Shown: positions 50,102 to 63,488 of the stretch, piece by piece
Position numbering within the stretch: position 1 is the stretch's first letter
Layout: the number at the start of each line of letters is the position of its first letter
Assembly: GCA_004431415.1 (NCBI GenBank)
Contig: QPMI01000709.1
Location: 1 to 64,000 of the forward strand
Length of the DNA: 64,000 nt
Source of the DNA: Cyanophora paradoxa CCMP329
Lineage: Eukaryota; Plantae; Glaucophyta
Direction: 5' to 3'
The notes under the pieces: generated by a model
Databases searched by the model: none
What the model was told of the DNA's origin: nothing
The model's input: the letters and a program-made list of their open reading frames with translations, nothing else
Program-made: the position numbers and the translations under genes

Positions 50102-53100
50102 CTACTCGTCGTCCTCCTCCTCCTCGCTGACCTCCTCCTCCTCGTCCTCCTCGCCCCGGGTCGGCCCGCGCGCGCCCTTCGGCTGCTCCGCCTCCTCTCC
50201 TTCCTCGCTCTCCTCGCTCTCCTCCATCGCCGGCGCCTGGACGGAGCTCCGCATCCGCTCCGCCGCGGCCGACTTCGACGCGCGGGCTGCCGGGGTGCGC
50301 GCCGCCGGCGTCCTCCGCGCCGGCCGCTCCTCCTCCTCGCTACTCTCCGACTGCTCCTCCTCGCTCTCGCTGCGCACGAACTTAAGACGAGGGTCCGCTG
50401 CATCCCCCGAAACGTGGGCGGACCTGGACGAGGACGAGGCCACGACCTTCTTCCGGGTGCCCCGCGCGGGGGTCGCCGCCGCCGCCGCCGCCGCTGCCGC
50501 CGGCGCAGCGGCCCCCTTGCCGCGGCCCTTCCCCTTGCCCTTGCCCTTGCCGGCCGCCACGGCGCGCTTGGGCCTGGGGCGGGCGCCGGCTCCTCTGCGG
50601 CGGCGCGTCAGGGCGACCGGGGCGGCCGCGAGGGGCGGATGAGCGGGCCGCACCGTCGGAGACAACGCCGGCGGGGTCGCCGAGGCGGGAGGCGAGGTTC
50701 TTGGCGTGGTTCGCCTGCTTCGTCAGCGCGCGCTGCCGCTCCTCGACGGCCTCGTCGACCCGGCGCGTGAGGGCCGTGGCGGCCCCGCGGTTGCCGTCGT
50801 CCGCGGGGGCCCCGGCGGCGCGGGCCGCCTCCGCGATCTTCTTGAAGGCCTGCTTCGCGGTGCGCTCGGCGGCCTCCTCCTCGAGCCACGAGGCGAGGTA
50901 CTTGATCTCCGCGAGCAGCGGGGCGTCCTTGCCGCGCAGGCGCGCCCCGGCGGCGAGCTTGATGGCGAGCTTGGCGAGGGGGCCCTTGCCCTTCTGGCCC
51001 TCCTCGTCGGCGAGGGCGTCGAGAAGGGCGGCGCGGGCGATGCGCTCGTGCGCGGTGGAGCCGTCGGCGGCCGGGTCCTGCAGCACGGCCGGCAGCGGCT
51101 GCTGGTCCGTGAGGTAGAGGAGCGTCTCGGCGGCTGCCTCGGGCTTGACGGAGGCCAGCGGGCTCCCCGCCGGCGCCAGCGCGATGGCCCACATCACGTC
51201 CGGCACCGACGCCTCGATCGCGCGCACGCGCCGGTCCGCCACGCGCGCGTCCGGCGGGAAGGCGTACGCCCGCAGGCACGTCTGCAGGCAGTCCCGCACG
51301 CGCGCGTCGCTCGCCACGCCGGCCGCGAGGAGCCGCAGGATCACGCGCGCCAGCACGCCCGGCACCTGCGCCGCGCTCGCCGGGGCGGGGGCGCGGGGCG
51401 GGCGGGGGCGGGGCGGACGTCGTCGGCGGGGATGCGGCCGCGGTGGAGGAGCTTGGCGACGCCCTCGGCGGCGACGCGGGCCTCCTCCTCGGTCGAGGCC
51501 GCCTCGAGCATGTCGACGAGGAAGCCGCGGAGCCAGGGCTCCAGGCCCCCCGCCTCGTCCACCTCGGGGTCGAAGCCCTCCGGCACCACGCACGCCGCCA
51601 GCGCCGGGAAGCCGTACACCAGCGCCACGTCGTACGCGCACTGCCCGCGCCGTCGGCCGGGGCCGGCTGGGGCGGGGCGGGGCGGGGCGGGGGCGACCTC
51701 GAGGGCGGCGAGGAAGGCGGGGGGGTTCTCGGCGCGCTCGCGGAGGAGGGGCGTGGCGACGGAGGCCATCCAGCGGACGGCGGCCTCGGGCTCCTTGGGG
51801 TTCAGCGTGAGGTACAGCCCGAGGGCCCGCACCGCCTCCGCCCGCGCCTCCGCGCTCAGCGTCCCGTCCCGGAACGCCAGCACCACGAAGCCCTGCTCCC
51901 CGTTCTTCTCCTCCACCAGGTCCACCAGCGCCGGCGTCGCCGCCTGCCGCCGCCCCGCCCGTCAGCCCCGCGCCCTCGTTCGCTCGTTCGCGGCGCCGGA
52001 GGGGCGGGCGGCGGGCGGGGCCGGACCGTGGCGTGCTTGAGGACGAAGGCGGCGACCTTGCAGGCGCTCGCGCGGGGGTCCACCTCGCCCTGCCGCTCCG
52101 AGGCGTACAGCTCGCTGCAGACCTCGCACATCGAGGTCACGAAGGCGTCCCGCGTCGGCGCCGCCTTGAGCAGCGTCTCCAGCACGGGCTCCAGGAGGGG
52201 GAAGGGCGCGCTGGGCTCCCGCACGAGGTCGGAGAGGGCGGAGTAGATGCGGGAGCGGCCGGCTTCGTCGGCGAAGTCCTGCCGCGCCGCCAGCGCGAGC
52301 AGCTGGCGGCAGACGATGAGGTCGTCGCGCTTGCCCTCGACCGCCGGCGGGCCGTGCTGCCGCAGGAGCGCCGCCAGCTCGCTGAGCACGGGCACGAGGG
52401 CCGCCTCCTCCTCCCCGGCCTCGCCCTTCTCCTCCCGCTCCAGCGCCCGCTCGCAGAGGACCCGCCAGACGACGGCCCCCGCCGGCGTCAGGTGCAGCCG
52501 CGCCTCGGCGGGGACGTCGATCTTGGCGCGCGCGCCGGCCACCACCGCCTCCGCGATCGCCAGCGCCGCCGCCTCCGCGTCCTCCAGCGTCGCGCTCTCT
52601 GCCTTCAGCACGCTCCACACCAGCTGCGCGCGCGTGAGGCGCCGGATGGGACTCTCCGGGGAGGGCGCGCACGCTCAGGACCGGGAGTTTGTCACTCTCC
52701 CACGAGCCCGCGCCGCGCGACTCGGAGGTCAGCTTGTGCCACGCCACGATCGTCTGGTTGCAGTACTTCTGCACGAGACTGGACCTGCCGCGCCGCTCGA
52801 TCGCACGCGGAGTCGACATGGTGGCTGACCCCTCGAGCGCACCCGTCGGTCGTGCCGCACTTGATGAGGTCAACGATTTCTTTGCTTGGGATGCACTCGT
52901 CGATCATTTCCTCCGCGAGACGGACGAAGGCGGCGGCCCGCACGCTCTCGTCCTTGTCGATTTTCGCCCGCGTGATGACGTTCCGGAGGGTTTTCACGTT
53001 CTGGGGCGCCGATATGTCCAGCGCCGCGATAGCCACCTTCCGCACTTCCCTGCGGGCGCCGGGGTCAACAGGGCGGGGAGATACGATAGAAGTGCGCGAG

Positions 53101-53767
53101 GCGCACTTGTTCGGGTCCTGCTCCAGCATGCGGGCCGCCTCCTCAGCGAGCCCCTTGAACTCGTCCGCCTGGTCAGAGCGCAGGAAGGGCGACAGGGCGC
53201 GCAGAGCTGCCGCCCGCACGGACGCGTTCACATCCTGCAGTCGAGGCATCATTTCATCTTTGAGGAGCGTGAGCAACTCCTCGCTGCAAGAGGAACGGGT
53301 TAGCTAAAGACACGCGCATACGTTGGCAGCTTGGCGCACCGGAAATAAACGCCCTCATCAAGAACGCGCTTGATGATCCCGCCGGCGATCTCGCACACGC
53401 GGAAGCGGACGGCGTTGTTCTTAGCCATGGCGAGGCTGAGCAGGTGGCGCAGGATATCGTCCACAAAGTCCCCGTCCATTGATGCCGACTTGTTCTGGGC
53501 CGTCTTGTGCTTATACACTGTAAAGTTGCAGAAGAACTCGACCAGGCGGTCCACCGCGGCCTCCTTCTTGCCTATGACTAGCACCCGGTTCAACTTGTCA
53601 ATGAAGTACGGGATGAACGCGCCGCCGGCCGACTTCTTCACTGCCGATAGCCGCTTCAGACAGTGTGCATGTGTGCTCTTGCTCTGCTGCGCATCGTCGA
53701 GGATCGGGATGACCTCTTCGAGCGCGGCTGGCGCTGGCTGCACGGGCTTGACGGCAGGCACCGGCAT
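50102..53767 (-). CDS. NCAPG: Condensin I subunit CAP-G (Ycg1)
   Basis: ILDDAQQSKSTHAHCLKRL, KKEAAVDRLVEF, AKNNAVRFRVCEI, RLQDVNASVRAAALRAL and DKDESVRAAAF HEAT repeats; AAEGVAKLL. Confidence 0.85.
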
Positions 53768-53998
53768 TGCTCCTGTTCAGCTCAGTCTAGCTCGAACCCG
53801 GCGGCCGGCTGCTCGCTGCTGCTGGCCTGTGGATCAGCCTGCCGTTTGCCTCGAAATTCGGGCAGTGTACCCCATTCGAAAAAAACAACTTCGTGCGTCG
53901 CCCAGTGCTCGCGCAGCCGCCACCTCTAGACAGCGGAGCTGGAGCAGGTGGATCTTGCGGGGGCCTGACGCGAGCGCCGGCGGCCCTGAGCTGCGACC

Positions 53999-56900
53999 AT
54001 GGCGCTCGACCGCAAAGCCCGGCACCTGATAGAGCTAGGCGGCGAAGAAGGAGATGCCAAGAAGCTCCGCGAGGCGTTCTCCATCATCCAGCAGGAGCAG
54101 CTGGGCTCCGGCACAGGAATAGACCAGCTCGTGGGGCGCGGCGAGGCCTCGTCCGAGCTGCTAGTCCTGTGCGCGGAAGCGGGCCTGAAGGTACAGATCG
54201 CTTAGCTACGCGTAGCTAGAGCGCGCGCCGACACCCGGGCCGCAGGTCAACGATGTCAGCCTGGCGCGTGAGGTCCTGCTGCAGTACTTCCTCCTGGACC
54301 CTCCGAAGAACCAGGTGCGCGCGCGTCACGTCGAGGGGGCGCCCGGCCGCCCGGCCGCCCCGCCTGGCCGCCCGCGAGCGCCCCTCGCCGACCCGCCGCG
54401 TTCCCGCGCAGTTCTACGTGCGGGCCCTGTACAGCCAAGGCGTGGTCGACAGCCTCCTCGTGAAGAACCCTCGCGGGGCGGTGTGCTCTCCGCCCGCACG
54501 CCCGGCGCACCGCGAGCCGACCGCTGACGACGCCGCAGGAGGCGGTGCGGGTGGTGACGAAGGCGCTGGCCTCGGTGATGGACGGGATCAACTTCGCGAA
54601 GAAGGACCCGAAGTGCGGGGGCCGCCCGGGGGCCGCCGGGGCGCCGCTGACGCGCGGGGCAGGTATGCGTTCCTCGTGTACAACGGGTCGGTGGTCTACT
54701 GGCGGGTGGCGCGGCCCCTGATGCGGCCCGGCTTCCGCGTGCACCTCATCCCCTCCATGGAGGCCGTCGCGAAGGCCCTCGAGGAGGTCAACGACGCCAA
54801 CAACGAGTGGCGCATCCGCTTCCAGCTGTGCGCGGGGCCCGGGGCCGGCGCGCGGGGCCGCCCCCCGGGCTGAGTGCGGCGGCGCGGCGCAGGGGCCTGG
54901 CGATGAGCTATGACGACGCGGAGAAGAAGGAGGACGCGGGGAAAGCGGCGCAGGCGGCGCAGGCGCTGGCGGCGAAGGCGGCGACGGGCGGCCCGATCGA
55001 CGTCGACCTCGAGAAGGACCTCGTGCGGTGCCTCGTGCACGTGCAGCGGCACAACCCGGCGGCCTCGGGCAAGGCCCGCTCGGACGTCAACTCGAAGCCG
55101 CGCCTCAAGGCGGCGGCCACCGTGCAGGCGGTCCGCTCCGGCCTCGTCAAGGAGCCGCCGGCCATCGAGAAGGAGCTCACCGACGCCCTCGCCGGCGTCG
55201 ACGTGCCCCCGCCCCCCGCCCCGGCCAAGGGCGCCGCGGCCCCTGCCGCCGGCGCGGCCGGCGCGGCGGCGGCGGCGCCCGCGGCGGGGGCGAAGGGCGG
55301 GGCGAAGGGCGGGCGGGCCCGCCCTCCCCGAAGCGGGGCCAGGTGCTGAGCTTCGAGAAGCCGGAGGACCAGAGCGACTACGACGCGATCGCCGAGATCG
55401 GGGCCTGCGCGCTCGCCGCCGGCCTGGCGCCCCTCGCCGAGCGCTGCGCGGATCGCTGCCCGGCGGCCAAGAGCCTCGCGGCGCGCGTGACGGGCGAGAT
55501 CGTCCGCGCCGGCCTCTCCGTGGCCGCCCTGGGGCCCGAGGCGGAGCTCCTCACGAAGCGCGCCGTCGCGACGCGGGCGGCGGCCGTCAAGAAGCTCGAC
55601 GCGCTCTGGCCGACGGTGGCGAACGCGGGGGACCCGCGCTTGGTGGAGGCGCTGGCGGCCGCCGTGTGGAACGCGTCGCTGCCGCTGCTGCAGGCGAACC
55701 TGCGGGGCCAGGTCTCCCGCGCCCTCGAGCGCGCCGCGGAGCAGCTCGAGGCGGCGGCCTCGCTCGAGAACGGCTTCCGGGCGAGCCTGCACCTGGAGGT
55801 GGCGAAGGCGACGCTGGCGGAGGACCTGCTGCAGAAGGCGGCGGGGCAGCTGGGCAAGGCGGCGGCGCTGGACTACACGGCGGCGGGGGAGCCGGAGGGG
55901 GAGCGGGACTCGCGGCTGGACCGGATGATCCTGCCGCTGCAGCGGCGCATGCGCGTCAAGGCGAACATCTACGAGGAGCCCGAGGAGCCCGAGGAGAAGG
56001 CCGTCCTCCTCCTCGAGCGCGCCCGCGAGAGCGCCGAGGGCCGCATGCGCGAGTCCTACATCCGCCGCGCCGCCGACATCCTCGCCGCCCTCCCGCCCCT
56101 CGTCACACAGGCCCCGCCCCCCGCCGCCCCGGCCGCCGGCGACCCCGCGGCCGCGGCCGCCCCGCCGCGGCCGCCAAGGGCGCCGGCAAGGGCGGTGCGG
56201 CGGGGGGCGCGAAAGGGACGGCGAAGGGCGGCGCGCCGGCGGCGGCGGCGGCGGCGCCGCGGGAGGTGGGCCCCGGCGGCGTCGACTGGTCGCGGGAGGA
56301 GGAGGGCCCTGCGACGCGGGCGGCGCGGGAGCGGCAGGCGCTGTGGGTGGAGGCGAGCAAGCTCTCGTGGCACTCGAAGCTCGGGCACCTCGCCGACGAG
56401 GCCTGCGAGGCGATCCTCCGCGACGGCTGGGACCCCGCCCGCGACCGCGAGCAGGCCCGCCCCGCCCCGCCCGGCCGTGCTGGCCGCGCTGACGCGGGGG
56501 CGCAGGTGCTGGCGCAGGCGGAGGCGGCCTTTGTGATGGCGGAGGCGGCCGTCCTGCGCCTCCACGACTGCGGCGCCCGCATGGGCGACGACCCGCCCCC
56601 GCCCGAGGCCTTCGCCCCGGAGGGCGCCGAGCCGGGCCCCAAGGAGGTCGAGCAGTCGGCGGCCGTCGCGGCGCTGCAGCGGCGCGCCGGGGAGGCCTTC
56701 CTGCGGGCGGCGCGCCTCGGGGAGGAGTGCGGGGAGGAGTGGGTCCCCGCGAACGCGGCGGCGCACGTCTTCAACTACCACGCGCACCTCGTGCGCCGGC
56801 AGCACTACGCGCCCCTCGCCCCGCTCTTCGACCCGCTCCTCGGCCACCTCCAGCGCCTCCCCTCGGGGGCCGACCCCACGCTCCTCGGGCCCTTCGCCCA

Positions 56901-59900
56901 CGCCCTCGCCTGCTCCCACGAGCACCGCTACCTCCTCCGCCGCTACGAAGCCGCCGCCGCCGCCATCGCCGCCGCCAACGCCCCGCCGCCCCCAGTCGAG
57001 GAGCAGGCCCCGCCAGGCACCGCCCCGCCCGGCGGGCGGGCCGCCAAGGGCGCGGCCAAGGGCGGGGCCGACAAGGCGGCGGAGAAGGCGAAGGTGGACG
57101 GCCTGCCGCCGGTGCCGCTGCCGGTGACGGGCCCCGACGGGGAGCTGCCGGACTACCTGGCGCTGGTGAAGGGGATGGGGTGGGCGGTGGACGCGCAGGC
57201 CCCCGAGCTCGTGCGGGCGCATGAGGTCTGCGAGAAGGCCCTCGCCGCCAAGGGCCTCCTCGGGCGCCACCGCCGGCCCCTCCTCGCCGCCCTCGCCCGC
57301 GTCCAGCGCCTCATGGGCAAGCCGGCGGTGCTGGGCGGGGCCCCCGGGGCGCCGGCCGAGGCGCAGCTCGTCTCCCTCCTGCAGCTGCTGGAGCTCCCCT
57401 CGGAGGCGGCGCAGGCCAAGAAGGACTACCTCACCAAGGCCCTCGACCTCGTCAAGCAGGCCGGGGCGGCGGCCGCCCCGGCGGCCGCCCCGGCGGGGGC
57501 TGCCGCAGCGGCAGGGGCCGCCGCCGCCGCGCCGCTGCCGCCGGAGCTGGTGGCGCGGACGGCGGCGGAGGCGCTGGCGGTGGGCGAGGTGGGGACGTGC
57601 ACGGAGCTGGCGCAGCGCGTGCTGGCGGCCTCGCCGCCGGCCGAGCCGCGCTGGCTCTCCCTCGCCGAGTGCCTGCTGGGCCAGGCGACCGTGCGGGCCC
57701 TCGCCGCCGCCAAGATGGGCCCCGCCGACGAGGAGCTCGTCCGCGCCCGCGCCCTCGAGCAGCAGGCCCGGGCCGCCGAGCACGCCGCCCGCGCCGCCTC
57801 CGCCGCCCTCGCCGACACGGCCGCCCAGCACGCCTGGAACGCCATCCTCCCCGTCGCCTCGAGCCCGACCGCCCTCCCGCGGCTGCGGCGGCCCCTCGCG
57901 GCGTTGCTCGCGGCGTACGCGAAGGCGGAGGCGGAGGCGGGGGCGTCGAAGGGCGGGGGCCGCCTGCGGGGCGAGCTCTACCGCGTGCTCTTCGACTGCT
58001 ACAGCGGGGACGGCCTCTGGGACGAGGGCCTCCGCGCCGTCGAGGCCGCCTTCGCCCTCCTCCCCAAGGGCCAGCACCGCATGCTCTGGGAGGCCAAGAT
58101 CAAGGTCCGCCCGCCCGCCCGCCCGCGCCCGGGGGCGCCCCTGACGACGCCCGGGGCGGCCCGCAGTTCGCGGCGAAGATGAAGAAGCCGCTGGCGGGTG
58201 ACCTCGTGAAGGCCAAGGAGTACGAGCCGGCCCTCCAGGCCAAGGCGCGCCCTCCCCCCGCCCCCCGATGCCCTCCCGGCGCCTGGCGCCGGCGGTGACG
58301 CGGGGCGGCCGCAGATCTGGCTGACGTACGCGCGGTGGAGCGCGGAGCGGGCGGACCAGATGGAGGGGTACCAGCGGGCGATCGGGGTGCTGGCGAACGG
58401 GGAGCCGGCGGAGCGGGCGGCGGTGCACGTGGAGTACGGGCAGTGGCTCCACCGCGGCGGCTACCCCGTCGCCGACGCCAAGGACCAGATCCTCGTGCGC
58501 CCCCCTCTGCCCCCGCCCCGGGGGGCGGGCGGGTTGTGACGGGCGGGGCCGGCAGCTGGCGTGCGACGCGGTGGGGGCCCTCGAGGCGGAGAACGACGAG
58601 GAGGAGGACGGGCCGGACGAGGCCAAGTCGCACGTCTCCCGCGGCTCCCGCGTCTCCCGCCACTCCCTCGCCGCCTCCCGCCACAGCCTCGCCGCCTCGC
58701 GCGCCGGGAGCCACAAGAGCCGCTCCCCGACGCACAAGGCCCGCTCGCTCGCCGGCTCCCGCTCCAAGCGCGGCTCCTTCGCCGCCAAGTCGACGGCGGG
58801 GCGGGCGCTGCTGCCGCCGCCCAAGTTCGGGGCGGCGCACGCGGCGGCGCAGGTCGTCTCGTACGCCGCGCTCGCGCGCATGGCGGAGACGGCGCGGGAG
58901 CGCCTCGAGGCGGCCCTCGTCGCCGCCCACTACGTGCGGCGCGCCTGGGAGGTCGGCGTCGCCGCCGCCTCGGGGCCCGAGCCCCTCGCCTTCGCCCTCC
59001 CTCCAGCACCGCCCCACGCCCTCCCGGGCACCGGCGCCTCCCCGCCCGGCACCGCCGCCGGCCCCGCGCCGCCCCCCGCCGGCGCCGCGGCGGCGGCCGG
59101 GCCCATCGAGCTGCCGCAGGAGCTGGGCGCCTGGGCCGAGTGGACTGCCCCGGACGTCCTCAAGGAGCGCTTCGCGGCGGACCGGGCGGGGACTGCATCA
59201 ACGAGCGGACGGTGCCGCGGCCGGCGGCGCTGCTGGAGGCGCTCGAGGCGACGGCCGACCTGCTCGCCGCGGCCGGCTACCACGCCCACGCCCTCCCCGT
59301 CCTCGCCCTCGCCGAGCTCACCGCCGAGCTGGCCGCCAAGGCGAGCCCCGCCGCCCTCGCCCTCGCCCGCCTCCGCTCCGCCCGCGCCCTCGACGCCCTC
59401 AACCTCCCGGGCCGGCCGCCGCGCGCCTCGCCGCCGCCCTGCCCCTCGTCCCGCCCCCGAGGAGCTCCGCAAGCGCCTCGCCGAGGAGGCCAAGCAGCGC
59501 GCCTCCATCGCCGCCGCCGCCGGCAGGGGCGGCCCCGACGCTGCCGCCAGCGGCGCGCGGCCGCCGCCGCTCTCGCACCGGGCGCTCTGGGCGAAGCTCG
59601 CGCCGCTGCTGATCGACGAGGGGGAGCTCGGCCTCGCCAAGGACCTCCTCGCGGAGGCGGCCGCCGAGGCGCACTCGCACGGGGACGCGGAGACGGGGAA
59701 GCGGGTGATGGTGCAGCTGGCGCGGCTGGCGGCCCTCGAGGGGGACCGCGAGCGCGCCATCGGGCTAATACGGGAGGCCCAGCTCCACGGCGGCGACGTC
59801 CGCCCCCTTCCCTCCCTCCCCGCGGCGCCGCCGCCCTCCTGACGCGGGCGCAGGCGGCCTTCTGGGCGGAGACCTGCTCCCTGCTCGTCTCGCACCTGAC

Positions 59901-62900
59901 GACGGGGCCGGTCTCGGGGCGCGACTACGCGGCGGCGGCGGCGGTCGCGGCGCAGCTCGAGGGCTCCCTCGAGGCGCTCGCCCGCGAGACGCCGGCGGCG
60001 GCGCTCGACGCGGGGGCCGCCCTCGCCGCCGCCCGCGTCGAGCGCGCCCGCGTGCTCCTCTCCCAGGCCGACGCCGCCGCCGCGCCGCCGGCCGCCGCGG
60101 CGGGGGCGGGGCGGAGACGCCCCAGCGGAGCGAGGAGGAGGGGGACGCGCTGGCGGAGAACGCGGCGTCGCTGGCGGCGCAGGCGGCGGCCGGCCTGCAG
60201 GCCCTCGGCGCCGACCTCGCCGCCGCCGAGGCCCTCCGCGTGCAGGCCCGCGCCGCGGCGTGGGCCCCGGCGCCCCGCCCCCGCCCTCGGCCGGCCTCGT
60301 CGAGCTCGAGGCCCGCCTCGGGCGCCTCGAGCGCGCCGCGGCGACCCTGCGGCGCGCCGAGGAGGCGGCCGCCGGCGTCCTGCGCGAGGCGGCCCCGCAG
60401 CTCGCGGGGGGCGGCCTGTGCCTGCCCGCGGCGCGCACGCTGGCGCGGGTGAAGCGGGAGCAGGCGCGGCTGGAGCTGGAGGCGGCGGCGTTGGAGCGGC
60501 ACCCGGCGGCGCGGGCGGCGCGGGCGGCGCCGGCGCCCGAGTTCCCGCGGGTGGCGGGGCGCGAGGAGGCCCTCGAGGCCGCCGTCGAGTCCTTCCTCAG
60601 GGCCGGCGTCCCCGCCCCGAGCCCGCCCGCATGGGCCGCGAGGAGCGCGCCGTCGCCCTCCTCTCCTCCGCCCTCGCCCTCGCCCCCGTGCCCCGCCTCC
60701 GCGCCGAGGCCCTCCTCGACATGGGGCGCGCCCTCGCCCGCCTCGCCGCCGCCGCCGACCCCTCCGAGCCCCACTGGGCCCCGCCCTCCTCCCCGCCCCC
60801 CCGCCCCTTCGGCACCGCCGCCGCCGAGGCCGCCCGCGCCGCCGCCGCCGCCGAGGCGGCCGCGGAGGCCCTCGGGGCGACGCAGCAGTCGGCCGTCCCC
60901 TCCCTCTCTACCCCGCGCGGGAGCATCGTCTCCGGCGCCCTCAAGGCGCCCCGCCCTTCCCCGGCGCCTCCCGGCCCCCGGCCCTCCGCCCCGCCCTCCC
61001 TCTCCAACACTCAGACCATTCCCGCGTCGCTGCTGCTCGCCGGGTCGCCCCCGGGGACGGCGGACGCGGCGGCGGCGGAGGCGGCGCGGGCGGCGGAGGA
61101 GGCGGCGCGGGAGGCGGCGCGGGAGGCGGCGCGCAAGGCGGAGGAGTACCGCGGGCAGGCGCTGGAGTGCCTGGAGGAGGCGATGGCGCTGGCGCGGGAG
61201 GAGGGCCTCGACGCCCTCCTCGCCGCCGCCGCCCTCGAGGCGGCCGGCACGCGCGGCTACGCCGACCTCCCCGCCGCCCTCCGCCTGCTCGCCCTCGCGC
61301 AGCAGGCGGCGGCCCGGGCCGAGGCGCTGCAGCTCTGCGAGGCCCTCGCCGCCCCCCGCGACCGCGAGCGCCTCGCCGCCGCCCTCCGCGCCCACCTCGC
61401 TGCCACCCACGCCCGCCCCGCCGCCACCGAGCGCCACCGCGCCCTCGCCGCCTTCCTCGACGCCCGCTCCCCGGTGCGTTTCCGCCCCTTCCCCGTCTTT
61501 GCCTCCGGGCCCCGTCCCGCTCACCTCGCCCCGCAGGCGTACCGGCGGCTCTCCCTGGTCCCGACCCTCGACGACCTCCTCGCCGTCCTCCCTCCCGTGC
61601 GCCACCCCCCCGCGCCCCGCCCCGCGCGCCCCGCCGACCTGCGCGGGGCCCCGCAGGAGTTCCGCGTCGTTGCGTTGCAGCACTCGGCGGACGGCCAGCA
61701 CGTCTACTGCGCCTACCTCCCGCCCCTCCCGCTCCCCGGCGCCCCGCCCCGTCCGCCCCGCCCCCGGCCGCGGCCGCCGGCGGCGCCGCGGGGAAGGATC
61801 CCGTGCGGGAGGCGGCGGCGGCGGCGCTGGCGGCGGGCGAGGCGGGCGCGGCGCTGCTGGTGCGCGTGCCGGCGGCCGGCCTGGCGGAGGCGCTGCGGCT
61901 CGCGGCGGAGTTCCACGCCGCGGCGCGCCGCGTCGCCCTCCGCCGGCAGCGCGGCGAGCCGCCGCAGCTCCTCCACGCGCCCCCGCGCTCCCCTCGCGCC
62001 CGCCCTCCTCCCGCGCCAGCCGCTCCCGCCGCCCCAGCGCCTCCCGCGACGGGCGCCGCCCCTCGGTCTCGCCGGAGCGCCGCCCGTCCGTCTCGGGGGC
62101 GAGGGCGCCCCGCCCCGCTCCCGCCGCGGCTCGGCCTCCTCCTCCCCGACGCCCGCTCCCGCATCCCTCGCTGCTGCCGCCGGGGCTCGAGGGGGAGGCG
62201 GCGGGGGCGGGCGCCCCGCCGCCCCTCACCGACGAGGAGGCCGCCGAGGCGCTCTTCCGGCGCGCCGTGGCGGCCGCCGAGGCGGCCCTCCAGCCCTTCC
62301 TCTCCCGCGTCTCCCGTGCCCTCGCCGCCGGCGGCCCGGGCCTCCGCCTCGTCGCCACGCCCGACGCCCGCCTCGCGGCGCTGCCCCTCGAGGCCCTCGG
62401 CCCCTCCGCCTCGTGCGCGCCGTCTCCCGCGACCTCGCCCCGGGCGCCCTCCTCCAGCGCCTCGCCGCCGCCGCCCCCGCCCCGGGCCGCCCCGCCTTCC
62501 GCCGCCAGGCCGTCGCCTACGTCGTGGACCCGCGGCAGGAGGACAGCATGCCGCCGGCGCGGGACCCGCCGCTGCGCACGGCGCCGCTGCTCGCGCGGGC
62601 CTTCTCGCACGAGCTCCCCGCCAAGTTCCCCTTCGCGAAGGAGTGGCAGGGCCTGGTGGGGCAGAGCGAGCAGGCCCCCGCAGCGGGCGACGTGCAGCGG
62701 CTCATGGCCGGCGCCGGCGGCCTCTTCCTCTTCGCAGGCCTCGGCGCCTTCGCCGCCTACTACGGGGCGCGCCACGCGGCGGGGCTCGACCTCTCGCGCG
62801 CCGCGGCGCTGCTGCTGGCGGACCGCGCGGAGAACGAGGGCCAGCGGCGCGCGCAGGCGCTCCTCGACCAGCGCCGCTCCGACGTCGAGCGCGCCGCCGA

Positions 62901-63418
62901 CGCCCCGCGCCCCACCGCGGCCCTCCTCTCGGCCCGGGGCGCCCCCGCCGTCCTCCTCAACTCCTTCGCCACCGTCCCGGACGCGAACCAGGCCCTCCTC
63001 GAGGGCCTCTTCGCGCACCTTGCCGCCGGCTACCCCCTCGCCGACGCCGCCCGGGCCGCCCTCCTGAGCCCCGCCTCGCCGCCCACGCCCTACGCCCAAC
63101 TTGTCGCCAACGCCCTCGCGGCGGCCGCCGCCGCGAAGAAGGCGGCGCAGGAGAAGGAGAAGGCCGCGCAGGCCCCGCCGCCGGCGCCAAGGGCGCCAAG
63201 CTCCCCGCCGCCGCCCCGCCGCCGGCGCCAAGGGCGGCCCCGCCGGCGCGGCCGCCGCGCGCCGGCCGAGCGCCGACGTGGGGGCCGCGGCCGCCGCGGC
63301 GCCGCCCCCGGAGCCGCCGAAGCCGCCGGCGGAGGAGGAGCCGGAGCCGGCCCCGCTGGGCCGCTCCTCCGCCTACTGCGCCGTCGTGTACGGCCTGCCC
63401 CACGTGCAGATGGACTAG
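53999..63418 (+). CDS. CFAP46: Cilia- and flagella-associated protein 46 (TTC40)
   Basis: SSELLVLCAEAGLK, QYFLLDPPKNQ/FYVRAL and RYAFLVYNGSVVYWRVARPLMRPG match the CFAP46 N-terminus; long TPR-like body; C-terminal VVYGLP. Confidence 0.85.
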
Positions 63419-63488
63419 GGCCCCGCAGCCGCCCAGCTAGCTAGCCAGCGTCCCGCTTAGTTCGTTTCTTAGCATTAGACGAAAAGAA

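Noticed and set aside
54910-63444. Very long Arg/Pro/Gly/Ala ORFs (e.g. 1627 aa, 1433 aa) as separate genes
   Set aside because: Stop codons are rare in very high-GC DNA; these are off-frame or antisense readings of CFAP46 exons and introns.
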